A DNA stretch of 64,000 nucleotides from positions 12,132 through 76,131 of IMG/VR virus record IMGVR_UViG_2778261223_000007, one strand, 5' to 3'. Positions 63,978-64,000 of the stretch are shown here, piece after piece (position 1 is the stretch's first letter; each line of letters starts with the position of its first letter). Source of the stretch: a virus (Duplodnaviria > Heunggongvirae > Uroviricota > Caudoviricetes). The position numbers were made by a program, and so were the translations under genes. The notes beneath the pieces were generated by a model. That model did not search any database and was not told where the DNA came from. It saw nothing but the letters and a program-made list of their open reading frames with translations.

Positions 63978-64000
63978 ATGACTAAAAATACTCGTTTTTC
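63978..64000 (+). CDS. 3'-truncated ORF start (MTKNTRF...)
   Basis: An ATG preceded by AGAGG. It runs off the window. Confidence 0.3.

Noticed and set aside
1-64000. Search for integrase/att core, IS elements, CRISPR arrays or RM methylase-endonuclease pairs
   Set aside because: None seen. The only recombinases are cin (invertase) and dre. The only methyltransferase domain is the DarB N-terminus. The window is internal to a plasmid-prophage, so no host junction is expected.

Overview
This window is a contiguous piece of a P1-family plasmid-prophage. It is closest to the phage D6 lineage: a Cre homologue (342 aa) sits next to a perfect rox-type 14-4-14 palindrome, not loxP. From left to right the window contains the following.

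- Tail/baseplate genes ending in a tail-fibre gene (S-like) whose 3' part lies inside a ~4.3 kb invertible C-segment. The segment carries U, U' and the alternative distal fibre part Sv'; it is flanked by 26-bp hix/gix/cix-like crossover sites and ~0.6 kb diverged inverted repeats, with the Cin serine invertase just outside.
- A lydA-lydB-hdf-darA-ddrA-ddrB-like antirestriction/lysis operon.
- A short AT-rich island (TM + HEPN-like Rx4H protein, plus a secreted protein) followed by portal/protease-like head genes.
- Two paralogous immI-like modules (Icd-like small ORF translationally coupled to a Rha-family antirepressor-like protein), 36 kb apart, sharing ~90% identical DNA.
- The giant DarB methyltransferase-helicase (2278 aa).
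- A tRNA cluster (Asn, Thr, CAU, plus degenerate tRNA-like elements) with a TerB-like tciA locus.
- Terminase pacA/pacB, then a rox site and dre.
- dUTPase, the phd-doc addiction module, and SOS-regulated humD.
- A block of lambdoid ea/nin-type accessory genes (Ser/Thr phosphatase, DUF4406-like, Ea22-like), then ref.

An 18-bp asymmetric operator-like motif (RTGTTAGAAAAYTAAWTT) recurs at least 10 times in front of early/accessory genes, consistent with a C1-type repressor regulon. Five divergent DUF2829 (Tad2-like) domains are scattered through accessory slots.

The most novel-looking items are the TM-HEPN island, the multiplicity of DUF2829 domains, the duplicated immI-like modules with divergent leader RNAs, and several structured non-coding elements around the tRNAs.

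All calls come from reading the sequence and ORF translations. No database searches were run.
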